A stretch of 62,350 nucleotides of DNA, the filler included, from Sphacelaria rigidula (taxonomy: Eukaryota): NCBI GenBank assembly GCA_964200075.2. It is 10 parts of 10 records of this genome, joined end to end, with 100 filler letters (N's around TTAATTAATTAA, not from the genome) between each part and the next. Parts side by side here need not be neighbours in the genome. Positions count along the whole stretch, not along the records: positions 24,984 to 31,128 come from CAXNAA020021952.1; positions 31,229 to 37,373 come from CAXNAA020021953.1; 8 more parts are not named here. The stretch is one strand, 5' to 3'. Made by a program: the position numbers and the translations under genes. The first letter of the stretch is position 1; every line of letters begins with the position of its first letter. The notes under the pieces were generated by a model. It searched no databases, was not told the DNA's origin, and worked only from the letters and a program-made list of their open reading frames with translations. Below, piece after piece: positions 24,984 through 37,473 of the stretch.

Positions 24984-27410
24984 GAAGGAACCCCAAGCGA
25001 CAGTGCCGACCAAGCGCCACGCGTGTAGCCACGAACGGACTGACCTTGCCAACTTCCCAAAAGCCCCTGGAACAGCCGGCTCTAGAGTGCGCTATACGCG
25101 ACACCAGGAGAGGGCTCTTCCGGATGAAACTGTAATAAACCTGTAGTTGCCGCTGCATCCGCCCACCAAAATGGTGCGCGGGTGCCGGGCACAGCGGATG
25201 AAAGCCTTGTCGTAGAACAGGTCGGTGTTTCCCAGATCCCGAACAGATCAGCACCGCTTCCTGCCGACCCCTCGGAATCTATGTTGAAGATTAATGTAGC
25301 GTTGACATCTGTTGGGACAGTAAACCCGCTACGCCCTGCATGTATGTCTCATGGTGCCGGACAAACCCCGGCTGTGCCGTCAAAATTGCAGTCCGATCAG
25401 GGCTGCTTCTCCCCTGTTCCTCATAGCTCCAAAAAACTATTGCAAACATCCATATCCACTTCCTTTCCTAGGCGTCGTCCATCCCTGACTGTGTACGAAA
25501 TCCAACTTTCGTCTACTGCACCACACGCCCTGCAAAACCCCCCGTGCCACGACGGCCCTCCAGAAAACATATTCGTTCCGGAGGATCAACCTCGAGTCTA
25601 TTTTAGTACCATTGCTCAACAACATAAGAGCAATGTGGCTGCAGATCACTTGTCGGAATTTGGACCGGACCTGGTCAGTGGAACTGCACTCATGGATGAC
25701 GCCTCCTTCACAACCCGAATAGGTATACATAGTGGAGTGCATGCAACACGCCCTTTGATGGTCGTTGCACTGCCCGACACTGGCTCGCCACAAACTTTCA
25801 TCACAGCCCGCTGCTGGTAACACATGATGAACGCTGGAGCAGCAGACAAACATTGCCTTTCTACTGTTCCCCCTCGTGTTTTTGGCGGATTTGGTGCCTC
25901 CACTCCCTTTACGGTTGATCAATCAGTACGACTCAGTGTGCAATTCTTCGATGACACAGGTCCCACTGCACGATTAGCTGTGTGGACACTCATTGTGCCC
26001 GATGGTTCCATGTCGGTTGATGTTCTCTTGGGACGTGATAGCTGGCTACATTTTTCCACACATACATACACGACAAACTCACCTGTTCTGAACCGACCAC
26101 TGACAGGCAAATTGAAATCGGGACATCACGACGCTGATCCAGGGGCTCAGGCCTATGTCGATGACCCAACACAAACAGGTGATGCTTTTCGTATATTATG
26201 TTGGAGACCACGTCGTCTCTCTGTCCCGTGAACCTCAACACATCCATGTGAATCTTGTGAGACGGAACGGATCCCCCGCCCTCACTGGACAGTACTTGGT
26301 CGACTTAACCACTCCCAACCAAACCCCAGACAATATTCCCCCCTTTGATCAGACCGATGTATTTGTCCATGAGGGTGGGCAATCCATTCCCCTCACGTCC
26401 CCTGCATGTCTCGATGTCCTCCCTGGTCAGTTGTTGGGTTTTGCTCAAGCGCCCCTCCTACGGGCAGCCTTGTCGAATGTATGTCTGAATGTGCCACCGC
26501 AAACATCATCAGACAGCTCAGACAAACGGTTCCACTTCGTTCGACAAGACTGACCCCATGGTTGTAACCGAATCGACTGATACGCCTGACACAAAACCTC
26601 CAACTGTCTTACTAGATACATTCTCGCCAGAGCAACGTGTTAGTTTTCAACGATTATGGGATGAAATTCCCCCCCATTTGAGACACATTGCGGTTGATTT
26701 ATCTGGTGAGGGCTGGACACCCACGGTGATTGATCGGTTGCGCTACGATACTCTGAAAGGTTTTCCAACTTGTCAACAGATCTAGGCCGCTGCAACACTA
26801 TACCGTTCAAGATCAACATTCCTGATGGTACGACACCTATCGCCATGCGTCCGTACCGTACAAACCCTCTTCTAGCGGGTGAAATTCAAGTAACTCTCGA
26901 CGAATACTTGTCCGCCAGGTTAATACGGCACTCAACGTCTCCATGGGCCTCGCCTTTGGTGGTCGTCCGGAAGAATGGTAAGATCCGACTGACCGTCAGT
27001 TATCAACGATTGAATGCAGTCACAAAAATCACACGTCTACCTCTTCCCCGGATAGATGAAATCATCGACTCCCTCACCGGGGGCAAAGTTTTTTCGAACT
27101 TCGACATGCAGTCCGGTCACCACCAACTGGTGATGGATCCGCACTCTATCTAGATGGCGGCGTTTTGCACCCCGTCAGGACTATGTGAGTGACTGGTTAC
27201 TCCACAAGGCGCCGCCGGCGCCCCAGGAGCGTTTCAACGTGTGATGTTTCGCGTCATTGATGGACTGTCCAAATGCTGCATGTATCTCGACGATGTGGTG
27301 GTTCACGGCAGTACACCTGTTGAACACGTCGAACATTTAAAAATGTTGGCGTCCTTCTTTGCTCGTTTTGAACAACACAATTTGAAGCTCGACACCTTCC
27401 AAACCTCCTC
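24984..27410 (+). pseudogene. Decayed Ty3/gypsy pol (aspartic protease and RT)
   Basis: ALPDTGS...LLGRDSW protease; RPYR, STSPWASPLVVVRK, LPRIDEI, AFCTPSG, MYLDDVVV RT motifs; several stops and frameshifts. Confidence 0.93.
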
Positions 27411-28034
27411 TGCCCACCATAGTCGAGACCTTGACTGTGCCTCCTCCACCCCGTGATGGTACCACCTCCGGTACCACACCATTCGACACCCTCCACAACG
27501 TAGGAATAGAGGTGAGCGTTCCGTTTGAGAATACACTGACCACCCCCTCTGACCTTGCTCCAAATAACGCCTCGTGTCCATCTCACAGCGATTCGATCCC
27601 ACAGCGTGGCGAGGATGTTTATATCCTGCGTACATCTTGACTGCGACACAACGGTTGCACTCATCATGATGTGGCGAACTACATAAAGCGACGCGAAATC
27701 AATGCAGGGCAGGGATAGACTTAGGATGCGATGTTCTGCGGTGTGCTTTGTCACCCTGATTCCTGCCGCTGTGCAGTGAGCAGGTAGTACCACCGCAGGC
27801 GTCGCGCCGCGGTTCGTACACCGTATCGGCTCCACACCCAAAGGGTAAGGCGGTGTTTCAACGAAACAAGGAACATGATCATCATTTCGTGATAGTGATA
27901 GTCAAGTGACGGTTCACAACTTCATTATCATGAGAAACCACGCGCTGTTCTAATCGACCATGCTAGGGTGGGAAACAAGTGATACAGAGACGGTAAAACA
28001 GCACGCGAACAGACCAACGACTTCAAGAAGGGCG

Positions 28035-28980
28035 GCAATCACGCGCAAGGGGGTATGGGTATTGTCGCGGATCGAAACGCGGACCGCCTTCCGCAGGAGA
28101 AGAAGTAACAGTAGTAGCAGTATCAGCAGCATTTTATTTGCCAGTAGATGTACGCGGCTGGGGGTGGGCCTAAATCAGCCGGTGCTGCTGCTGCTGCTGC
28201 TGCCGCCGCCGTTCTTACTCATGAGAGAGACTGTCCGCGTTTCTATCCTGCGACAGCTACAACGCCCACGCACCTCGCACGTGATAGCCACCGTGCTGGA
28301 AAGCGCTGGTCCGTACTACCCGCCGATGGGTCTATACTTCCTCACTAGGCTAAGTGCTGGGAGATATAGTTGCGCGCATCTCTCTCTGTGCGAGCTGTGC
28401 ACGTCGGGTGTGTCTCACACGCGTGGCTGCCGCTGGTGATGGGAATGAAGCCAGCGTCCAATACAGGGGAAAACAAGTGATTGATATGTACTCGTGCTGA
28501 AAATGCTACTGTATGGGGGTAACAACACGCGAAGAGGTCATAGTCGAGTTTAAATGGGAGGGGGCAATAACGCGACAGGTGCATGTATATTGTCGCACGT
28601 CGAAACGCGGACCGCCTCCCGCACGAGATGTAGGAGCAGCAGCAGCAGCAGCAGTAGCAGCAGCAGCATCTTTATTGCCAGTAAATGTGTACGGCTGGGG
28701 GTGGGTCTGAATCAGCTGCTGCCGCTGCTGCTGCTCTTGATTGTAGACGGTCCGTGTTTCGACCGTGCGACAACACCCACGCACCTTGCGAGTGATCGCC
28801 ACCGTGTTGGACAGCGCTAGTACGTTTTACCCGCCGATGAGTTTATGCTTGCTCACTCGGCGAAGGTCTGGGAGATATAGGTGTGCGCATTTCTCTGTGG
28901 GAGTTGTGCACGTGGAGTGTGTCTCCCACGCGTGGCCATTGCTGGTGATGGGATTGAAGCCAGCGTGACTAATGCTAGTG
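28035..28980. repeat. Two diverged tandem copies (~530-bp spacing) of a CAG/CTG-microsatellite-bearing repeat
   Basis: 28035-28460 aligns to 28563-28970 (TCGAAACGCGGACCGCCT, GGCTGGGGGTGGG, CTGGGAGATATAG, CTGGTGATGGGA). Confidence 0.85.
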
Positions 28981-30753
28981 ACGGGAAGCCAACCGTCTGT
29001 CCCATAAAGAGCCTAACAGCCCACGCCTTGCAACCACGTTACATTGTTCTTCGCATCCTCACGCAAATGTCCATCCGTTCTCACGAAAATTAATTACCAA
29101 AAGATTAATTTTCGTGACAGTGATTTTGGGGAAGGTGAAAATGTGGCATCAAATCACAACCAATCGGAATCATGGAAAAAAACGAAAATCCCCAACTGCC
29201 ACAATCACTATCACTATCACATCGCGCTTCCACATTTTTGGACTCGATAACACGGGCCCTCTGCATTGAAATTAAATAAAACGCTCTGAAGTAAATTACA
29301 CGAGCGGAGAGCGTTATTTTCGACCAGCACGCGCGCTAGCGTTTCCGTGTTGCCGACACCGTGCCAGCGCGCTTGTGCACTACAGCGTTGTACTCTCCTG
29401 TGGCAGCCCGTCACGGTATTGCTCCTCATGTTTCATGACGGTTTATTCGAAAGCACGCGGAAGAAATGACAGCGGGTCCATCGCTGTTGCACTTGGAGGT
29501 GTGGTGTACCAGTTTTTCGCGCTAGTACTGCCGCATGCTCCGTGCTGTACGAACTAGTATACCGTACCAGTTCGAAAACGGATATGCATGAAATAAACGC
29601 CACCGACATGCTCTGGTTATCATGAACTGTAGTGCGTACGAGGCGCGGAGATCGTGGTTTTTGGCAAGGATCGAAGGGACGCAACCATACTGCAGTACAG
29701 ATAGTTTTTCATGCAAGGGTTGGTAGCGAAGAGTGAACGTCTGTACCACCCTCGTACTCTTCGATGAGCGGAACCCGCACGCTCGCCGTTTGTCGACAGG
29801 TAAACCGAGATAAGTTCAGATCAATAGCAGCGTGTCCCATGGCCGATAGCTCGTTGTTGCGATGCCCCCAGAATGTTCGGGTTGGTGTAAGGCGGTGAAC
29901 GTCGATCACTACTTTAACATCCCCTTCACCTCAGCTACGGACGGCGTCGGCACGCACAAGCGAAGACAGTGAAGAAAGCAGCAATGAAGCTGAACCTTCT
30001 TGAGGGCGTTCAAAGTGATTCGGAGAGCCGTTTGCTGCGTGTGATGCTTCCAATCTCCAAAAGTGCCTCGATTGAACTTGCGACAGTCAAGTATGAGAAG
30101 TTCAATCGAGACTCCCTCTGGTCAAAAGGGATCGGATTAGGAGTGTTCTCGAGTGCGCCCAGAGACGGAAGCGAAACACAACGCCATGAGCACCAATGGA
30201 GCTGAATCTGTTGAGGGCATCTCGATTGATGTTAGAAGAGCGATGGGATGGTTGTTTCGCGCAGCGCGGCTTCCGATCAATTCGGGGAAAAAAAGTGCGT
30301 GGCTCTGAGCTTCATAATGATGAGGTCCGGACGGACGAACACGTTTCGAATTTCGGATCAGTAGAGGCGTTTTCAACCGTAAGGACCTCAGAAGAATTTC
30401 CATTCTGCTCTCTCCCTTATCGGTGGCAACGTCTTTTTTTTGCCTTTAACATGCCTCAGTGCAATCGCCAGCCTGTACGCTTATTCACGTCTCGTCGTTC
30501 CTTTTCTCTGCTCCTTGCCTACCTTCTTTCTACTACCATGCGTTCGAAAACCAGATGCCTACATTCCAAAAATGACCGACTTCTTCATATCCGACATCAT
30601 TCACGTCAGCTTTCGGCAGCATCTGTGACTTTTGAGCGGCTTCGTTTCTTCTCATTCTGGGCTCCGTTTCTTTTGACGTTGTGTCGTCTTCTGTGCCTGA
30701 GCGTCATCCTTCTTTGCTCGTATAGAAACGTGGTGAAATCAATTTCCACCAAC

Positions 30754-31011
30754 GAGTCACCCTACGATAGGGGGGGGGGGGGGGTATTTGATTGCACGAA
30801 AAAAGAGGCTCAAAAGTGTGTCAGACGACCTGCCACACACGCCGTGCCGTTGTAATTGGTTGAAAACGGTGTCAATCGGTAGGAACGAGCGTTATGTATC
30901 AATAACAAGCTCGTTCGAGCGACCGTTGCTCCTTTCAAGGACGATTTGACTTGGAATTTCAGGCAAGAAGTGGCTCAAAATACTCCCCCCCCCCCTATCG
31001 GAGGATGAGTC
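30754..31011. mobile_element. Sola2-like MITE, 4-bp TSD CAAC
   Basis: GAGTCACCCTACGATA(G)n ... (C)nTATCGGAGGATGAGTC, flanked by CAAC on both sides. Confidence 0.75.
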
Positions 31012-32401
31012 CAACCGTGCCCACTCTTTTTTTTCCCGGCGCTTTTGGGGGCCAAGAAGTCGGGGGGGGGAGGGGGGCGTACTCATTTGTTGCTTGCCTT
31101 AGTCGTTTGACCATTGACCACCCATCCCNNNNNNNNNNNNNNNNNNNNNNNNNNNNNNNNNNNNNNNNNNNNTTAATTAATTAANNNNNNNNNNNNNNNN
31201 NNNNNNNNNNNNNNNNNNNNNNNNNNNNTCCCAATAGTAGGATCGCAGCCGGTTCGTTGGATGGTGCCGGTGCACTTTTTGCGGGGGGGCTATCTCGGCA
31301 TTAATTAAAGCCCATCAGACGTTTCGGTTATTATCAGCGTTCATTGATCAATTTCTTGTAACAAAACTAACAGAAATAATCAAAATAGTGTTTATTGATC
31401 AATTCCTTGTGACAACCTTGACAAAAAACAAAACAAAAAATCGTGATAATTTTCGAAAAAACGCCCTCCGGGAGGGGGGGAGGGGCTACGTGTCCCGAAT
31501 TGTTTTTTCGGCTGCCCCTTGTCTAGAGGGTATTTCATACGCAGTTCCGGTCATGAAGCAATTCCTCTGGAGGGCATCTGATGCTCCAGTGACTTCTGGG
31601 GTCTGAATCTCTCGAGAGTAACAAAGGAGATGGTGCTCTGGACGACTGCGCATCCTCCAAGTCCCTCCAGAGGGTGCGCGCGGCCCTCCGGAGGCAAAAC
31701 AAGCCTGTGGAGGCGTTCGGTCCCACAACTCTTCATTGATGAAGGGAGCGCCTCTTAGAGGCCTAGCTCTGGACAGGGGAATGTGTAGTAACTTCTTGCA
31801 TTAAACCCGTGTACCCTTTTACTCACCAAACATTAACCGTGCAAGCTCCACCCGAGCTGCCCTCTCTCACCCCAAAATGCAATGTCAAAACGAACGGAAC
31901 AGAAATAAACCGGGAGGGTAAGACCGCATACTGTGCTCCCTAATATCATACACACAGTCATAACGCAATCCGACAATCCGATACCGTACACGATACCCCC
32001 TGATATATCGTCAATCTGCCCCACATGTACCCGAATCAATCCACGTACACATGTACTAGTGTTTAGCTCGGTATATTCAATTAGCCCCCCTTGTCGAGGC
32101 TCAACCCTGCTCATATCGTACAAAACAACCTCAATTGCATCCTATGAAATAAGAAAACTCTCACAGCACGAATGCTGTCATCCACGGGAGACCCAGCAAG
32201 GAAACAAAATCACCAAGGAGAATCACCTCCTGAATTATTTGCCCCCCTGACCCCACATCATCTCACCATTTTCGGGAACATCAAGTTTCAAAATTGGGGA
32301 CGTGTTTTTCCAAAATCTACCAAGAAAATCATATTCTGATCACCACGGAAACCAAAAGATGCTCATGACACGGTCAGTCACGTTCGAATTCGAAGCACTC
32401 T

Positions 32402-32783
32402 GAGCCATGTTACGGTAGGGGGGGGGATTGCCGGTCGACGAAACAATATGCTCATGGATGCGCCAGACGACCTCAAATACTCACGGTGCGCTTGTATTCG
32501 GGTACAAGCGGTGTACAGCAGCATGAATGAGCTTTATTCATCGGCAGCGAGCGTGTTCGAACAACTGTTGGCTGCTTTCAACAGCGATTGAAGTGGACTT
32601 TCGTAAAAGAAAACGACCCAACCCCCACGCCCCACCAACCACCCGCCCGCGCACCGCACCACACCACCACCCCAAANNNNNNNNNNCCCCGAACGGGGCG
32701 TGGTGGCACACCCCACAAAAATACAGCAAGAAAAAAAAACACCCCCCCCCCCCCCCCCCCCCCCCCTTATCGTAGCATGACTC
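32402..32783. mobile_element. Sola2-like MITE, TSD CTCT, inserted in copia RNase H
   Basis: GAGCCATGTTACGGTA(G)n ... (C)nTTATCGTAGCATGACTC with CTCT on both sides; contains a 10-N gap. Confidence 0.75.
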
Positions 32784-33780
32784 CTCTACCGGTGAAACCT
32801 TCGTCAAACAACCGGCATGCTGGTACTCAGATCTGAGATGAACAATTGAAATATCCCCTTTTCCCACCGACTCCCTGATGAAATGATATCTTACAAAGAT
32901 GTGGTTAGAGTTGGAGTTCGATATGGGATTCTGTGCCATTTAAATAGCACCCTGATTGTCCTCGAACATCGGGATACATGACTCTCCAACTTCAGGCGGC
33001 ATGAATTCCCATACCTGCTGCAAAAACAGCACCTCCTTCAACAAGTCGGTCATTGCAACTCATGCTGATTCAGAAGTCGACAACGTCACACACGTTTGCA
33101 TCCTTGAAAACCATGACACACACCCAACCCCGCACATCACTAGTCCACCGGAGACTGATCGCCTATCGGCAGCCTTACTCGCGTTGTCTGCATCAGCATA
33201 TTATGCCTGAAAGCTGAGACCCTGCAAACTGCCTCTCCGAAAGATAATACCCAATGTATTCGTTCGTCGAACATACCGAAGTATATCAAGAGCAGTACGT
33301 AAATGAATCACCCTTGGTGATGCGCAATACCTCGCTACCGCTCTCACTGCGTTACAAATATCCGGTCTGGTCTGGTTTGCTAGCCACATGATTAAACCCA
33401 CCAATTCTTTGAATGCGAACGTCGTGATCTGCTCATCCTCGTTGAAATCCTCGGGTTTTACACCTGCACTTACTTATAGGCGTCTTATTTCCCCACCATG
33501 ATAATATGATGTACTGCTCCGCAAGCTGCTCTGCAAAAGTCTGTCGCGATACAGCAAGGGTCTCCCTTTCCAAGTCTTTCTCGTAATATAGACCCGAATA
33601 CCACCGCAGTTCTCCTAAATGCTTGACTGGAACCATCGTGTTCAGCTGCTTACCAAATCCATCACACCTTTCCTCATTCCCTATGGCAAAGATATCATGT
33701 ACATGTACCACCAATATGATCACAACCTGGTCGGAACACACACGAGTCTGCCAAACACTGATCAAGACCTAGCTTCTTAA

Positions 33781-34838
33781 CTCTTTTGGGACTGAAGCTC
33801 ACTAACAAGCGGTTCATCATGTATGTGTTGGTAAAATACTAGTACACAAGTCTGGGAGCGACCTGTCCAATCAGGGCGAGGCGAAATTTATCGACCACAT
33901 CAGAACGATCAGTGTGTGTAGGGGAGGTGTCGCCGGGAGTGATGTCACTGCAAAGTTGGTGTTCTCTATCGCTGGCCCACAAAAAAGCCTTCGAAGCAAG
34001 AGAAAACGGGGCTCCGATTCCCGATTTTTTTTAATCGTTTACGTATATTTTATGTAGGCCCGACCTCCCATCTCCCGAAATGTTTTTGGGTCACCATCCT
34101 ATTGTAAACCTTAGTTGATAACACTAACACTTAGTGCTCGGCGGAAATTCGGGAATAAATGCACCCTACTATATATGTGGTCATGTCCACAGGGCGACTG
34201 AATTCGGCAACGCTGTGGGATAAGACACGGAGCTAGAGGCACGAGTTCTGCGTATTCCCCTCTCGAAGCGGTACAAGCGGGAGTGAGATCGTATGTAATT
34301 GCCGGTAACGAACTTGCTGTGTATAGGCAGCTGATCTCCATCACTCAGAACTGCCCAGAACATATGAGGGAGTATGCAGCGGCAGCTGCCGCTGCATTCG
34401 GAAAGGCGTGCTGCACTGTACTGTATCTGCGGCGCAACGCCCATGCCGTTTGAAGAGAATTTGCGACGTGCAACCAAGAGGGAAATTGCGGCCCACCCCG
34501 ACCATAAAGGGTTGTGTAGCAAGGTGATAGGGACAATATCCAAGGCCGCAAGTGTCGTGCGGCGGTTGCCACATCCTGTTGAAAGTTTTCCACCGCGACT
34601 CATACTGCTTGATACATCAGTACATCATCTGATGCGCACAACACCCGAATTACAGTACAGGCAGTTTGTACCTGCACCTGAGAATAGAGTGGATGAAAAC
34701 CTCCGGTCTTCATCTAACCCTGCCGTTACATACATACGTTGGTTTCTAGCAGCATGAAACCACTGTTTCATGCATATGCAGGACACATCATTCCCAACCA
34801 GTCTCATTGGTCGTTCTGGAGACCCAGTCCCAAAAGGG
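33781..34838. mobile_element. Non-autonomous piggyBac-like element inserted in copia RT
   Basis: TTAA|CTCTTTTGGGACTG ... CAGTCCCAAAAGGG|TTAG (14-bp TIR, one mismatch); the RT sequence resumes across it (KKLGLDQCLADSCVFR). Confidence 0.8.
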
Positions 34839-36207
34839 TTAGGGCATCCTGCTGAATGAAGATGTCACTGTCTCGAAGCCTGTCTGAGCCCATAGAGAGC
34901 GATTCATTGAGTTTCACTACCTTACCAGATAAATTACCACATCCATGAGGCAAACGCGTAAAAACATCTTCGTTCAGTACAGACTGCACAAAAGCTTGCT
35001 CGATATCAAAATGGCGCAACGAAAGATTTTGCTCACAAGCAAGTGCTGTCAGCAAACGTGCACTCGAAACGGCTACTGTAGGTGCATTTAATTCACCGAA
35101 GTCAATGACTGCCCGTTGCCGATTTTCCCTTGCGACCAGTCTTGATTTTGCTTTTGCTAGCCAGCCAAACTCATCAGCCTTCAGTTGTAAACCCACTTCG
35201 CGGGAATAATATTATCTACTGATTGCAATATGACCGCATCCATGGCTCCCACTTCCTTCAGGCCCTGCAACTCTCGTGCCATGGAATCCACCAATACCCT
35301 TACCTGATCCGGATGTTTTGGTTCAGCATTTTTCTTGGGAGCTTTTAACTATTTCACTAGGCGATGGGGAAATTTGGGGGGTTCATGGGGCTGACGCTCC
35401 TCTTTCATCGCTATGTTAATGTCCTCCCTCGTGGCCATCGTAGTGGCAGTCCGATATCGAAAATCCTTGCGCCCCCTTGCACCATCACCCTGTCGCTTCC
35501 TTCTGGCCTCTACTGCGGACGGCGTGAGGTGGGCGGATAAAAGAAATCGTTTGTCGAGCTGCGCCAGAAGATATTTCTCATGATAAATAAGTGCGATGTT
35601 GTCGCCCCCCTCCTTCTCGGCTGCATATGCTGGGCCTTCTCCGATCGGGTCCTCCCCGGTTGCCGAGGGTCACTACTCAGGTGCAGCTCCTTCGCCACCT
35701 TGTCGGGCAACGGTGATAGAGAGCGGTCTTGTAGATGATGAGTTACTGGTGATGAAGTCTCTGAAATGGATAATGGTGCCGAAGAACCATTGAAAATCGA
35801 GGGTGAAGTTGGTTGACGGTGCAGCGAATGCGGTTGCTGGAGTGATGAAGTCGGCAGTCTGCCGCGCTGGTTCTGCTTTTGTTGCGTGACAACGAATGAT
35901 GATGGTGCCGACGATGTGGCGGAAGGTAGGGGTGGATGATTTGCCGCAGGAGTCGGTGTAAATGTCGGCGGTGCCACGGCCGTGCAGTGTAGTGGCGGTG
36001 GCAGAGTGTTTTGAGGTTGCGGGCAAATGGGATATTACGGTCGATGTCGCGGCGGAAAGGTGATGAAAGGTCGCGGCGGGACGAGATAGGAAGTTCCATG
36101 GTGTCGTTATAGCGGAGCAGTATTATATGGTTGTGGTGAGATGGGATAGTAAGGTCGCGGCATTGGAACAGTCGGATGTGTCGGCGCCGGCGTGTGGGTG
36201 CGACTGT

Positions 36208-36441
36208 GGGATAGTATGATTTCGCGGCGGCGGCGGGTGGTAGACGTTGTAGACAGCGACGTCGGGTGCGGGATGATGTTGTCGTGGAGCAGTATGGTGT
36301 GGCGGCGGCGGCAAGTTGGCGGCGGCGGCATGTGGTTGCGGTTGTGGGATAGTATGGTTTCGCGGCGGCGGCGGGTTGTAGACGTTGTAGACAGTGGCGC
36401 CGGCTGCGGGATGATGTTGTCGTCGAGCAGTATGGTGTGGC
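36208..36441. repeat. 138-bp-period duplication in the copia IN-RT linker
   Basis: GGATAGTATG.TTTCGCGGCGGCGGCGGGT.GTAGACGTTGTAGACAG occurs at ~36209 and ~36347. Confidence 0.85.
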
Positions 36442-37193
36442 CGGGGCGGAAACTGAAGTGTCGGTGTTGCCGTGCCCCACCCCCCCTTCCATCGAGCGGC
36501 GCTGATGGTTGGAGTGGTGGATGAGGCACTGTCCAGACCATGCTGTTGGTATCACAAATGGATCCGGTTGCGACTTTAATGACCTTCACGGTTGATGATG
36601 AACGGGTGCAGCCGTTGTTGAGATAGTAGCACGGAACGGCTTGCGGGTCCGTCTTGGAGCGGCGTGTGACCCTCATCATTCCAGGTTAAAGAAAGGGAAC
36701 GATCTGGAAAGGAGGGGCACGGCCGATGAAGACCTGGTACGGCGGGACCTTCCCAAGGTTAGCCATCGTGGCGGAGCGGTTGAAACCATCTGCGGACCAT
36801 ACTGCGAACTCCAACCAGAGCCTATCCAAGGTGCCACCAAGTCCGGGGATGTTCGTGTAGGCTTCAGCAGGGAAAAGGCGCGCAGCTTCACATCACGCAG
36901 CGTGAACCGCCTCCATCATGCGCCAGATTGCGCTCTCGACCACAGCGTTGTGCTTTGGGATGTCGGGGGCTGTGTACTCGCGGCCAATACGTACATCGTC
37001 ACAGGAATCGATAAACCTTTGCGAACGAAAGTCCCCCCCGTTGTCGATACGGAAGCACCGGGGAACGCCGAACTGGTTGACGGCTGCCATGTATCCCTTC
37101 ACCTTCGCTGAAGCGTGTGCCTTACTCGCCAAGCCGAAAAGCATGATGAGACGTGACTTGCTATCAACACAGGCGAGCATATATAATGAACCG

Positions 37194-37270
37194 CGTAATG
37201 TGTGAGAGGACCGCGTGCTTATAGGACCGCATCGGAATTTGAACATCCCCATGGTTAGGGTTAGGGTTAG
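37194..37270. mobile_element. Truncated copy of the TTAGGG-bearing MITE
   Basis: Matches 51246-51315; directly followed by another element end GACACTTTCTACGATA(C)n, also seen at ~62255. Confidence 0.8.
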
Positions 37271-37473
37271 ACACTTTCTACGATAGCCCCCCCCCAAAAG
37301 TGCATGGTTTTGGGAGGCAAAATTTTCACGTAAATCGAAATGGGAAAAGCCGAGCACAACGAGCAGCTGGGAANNNNNNNNNNNNNNNNNNNNNNNNNNN
37401 NNNNNNNNNNNNNNNNNTTAATTAATTAANNNNNNNNNNNNNNNNNNNNNNNNNNNNNNNNNNNNNNNNNNNN

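Larger units (their letters stand above)
32360..37190 (-). pseudogene. Decayed Ty1/copia pol (integrase-RT-RNase H) interrupted by nested DNA elements
   Basis: Integrase RIDNGGDF...TAPDIPKHNAVVE; RT KAKSRLVAR, HFDIEQAFV, LVVHVHDI, TRPDICNAV; RNase H HIFVRYHFIRE. IN-before-RT order is diagnostic of copia. Confidence 0.93.
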
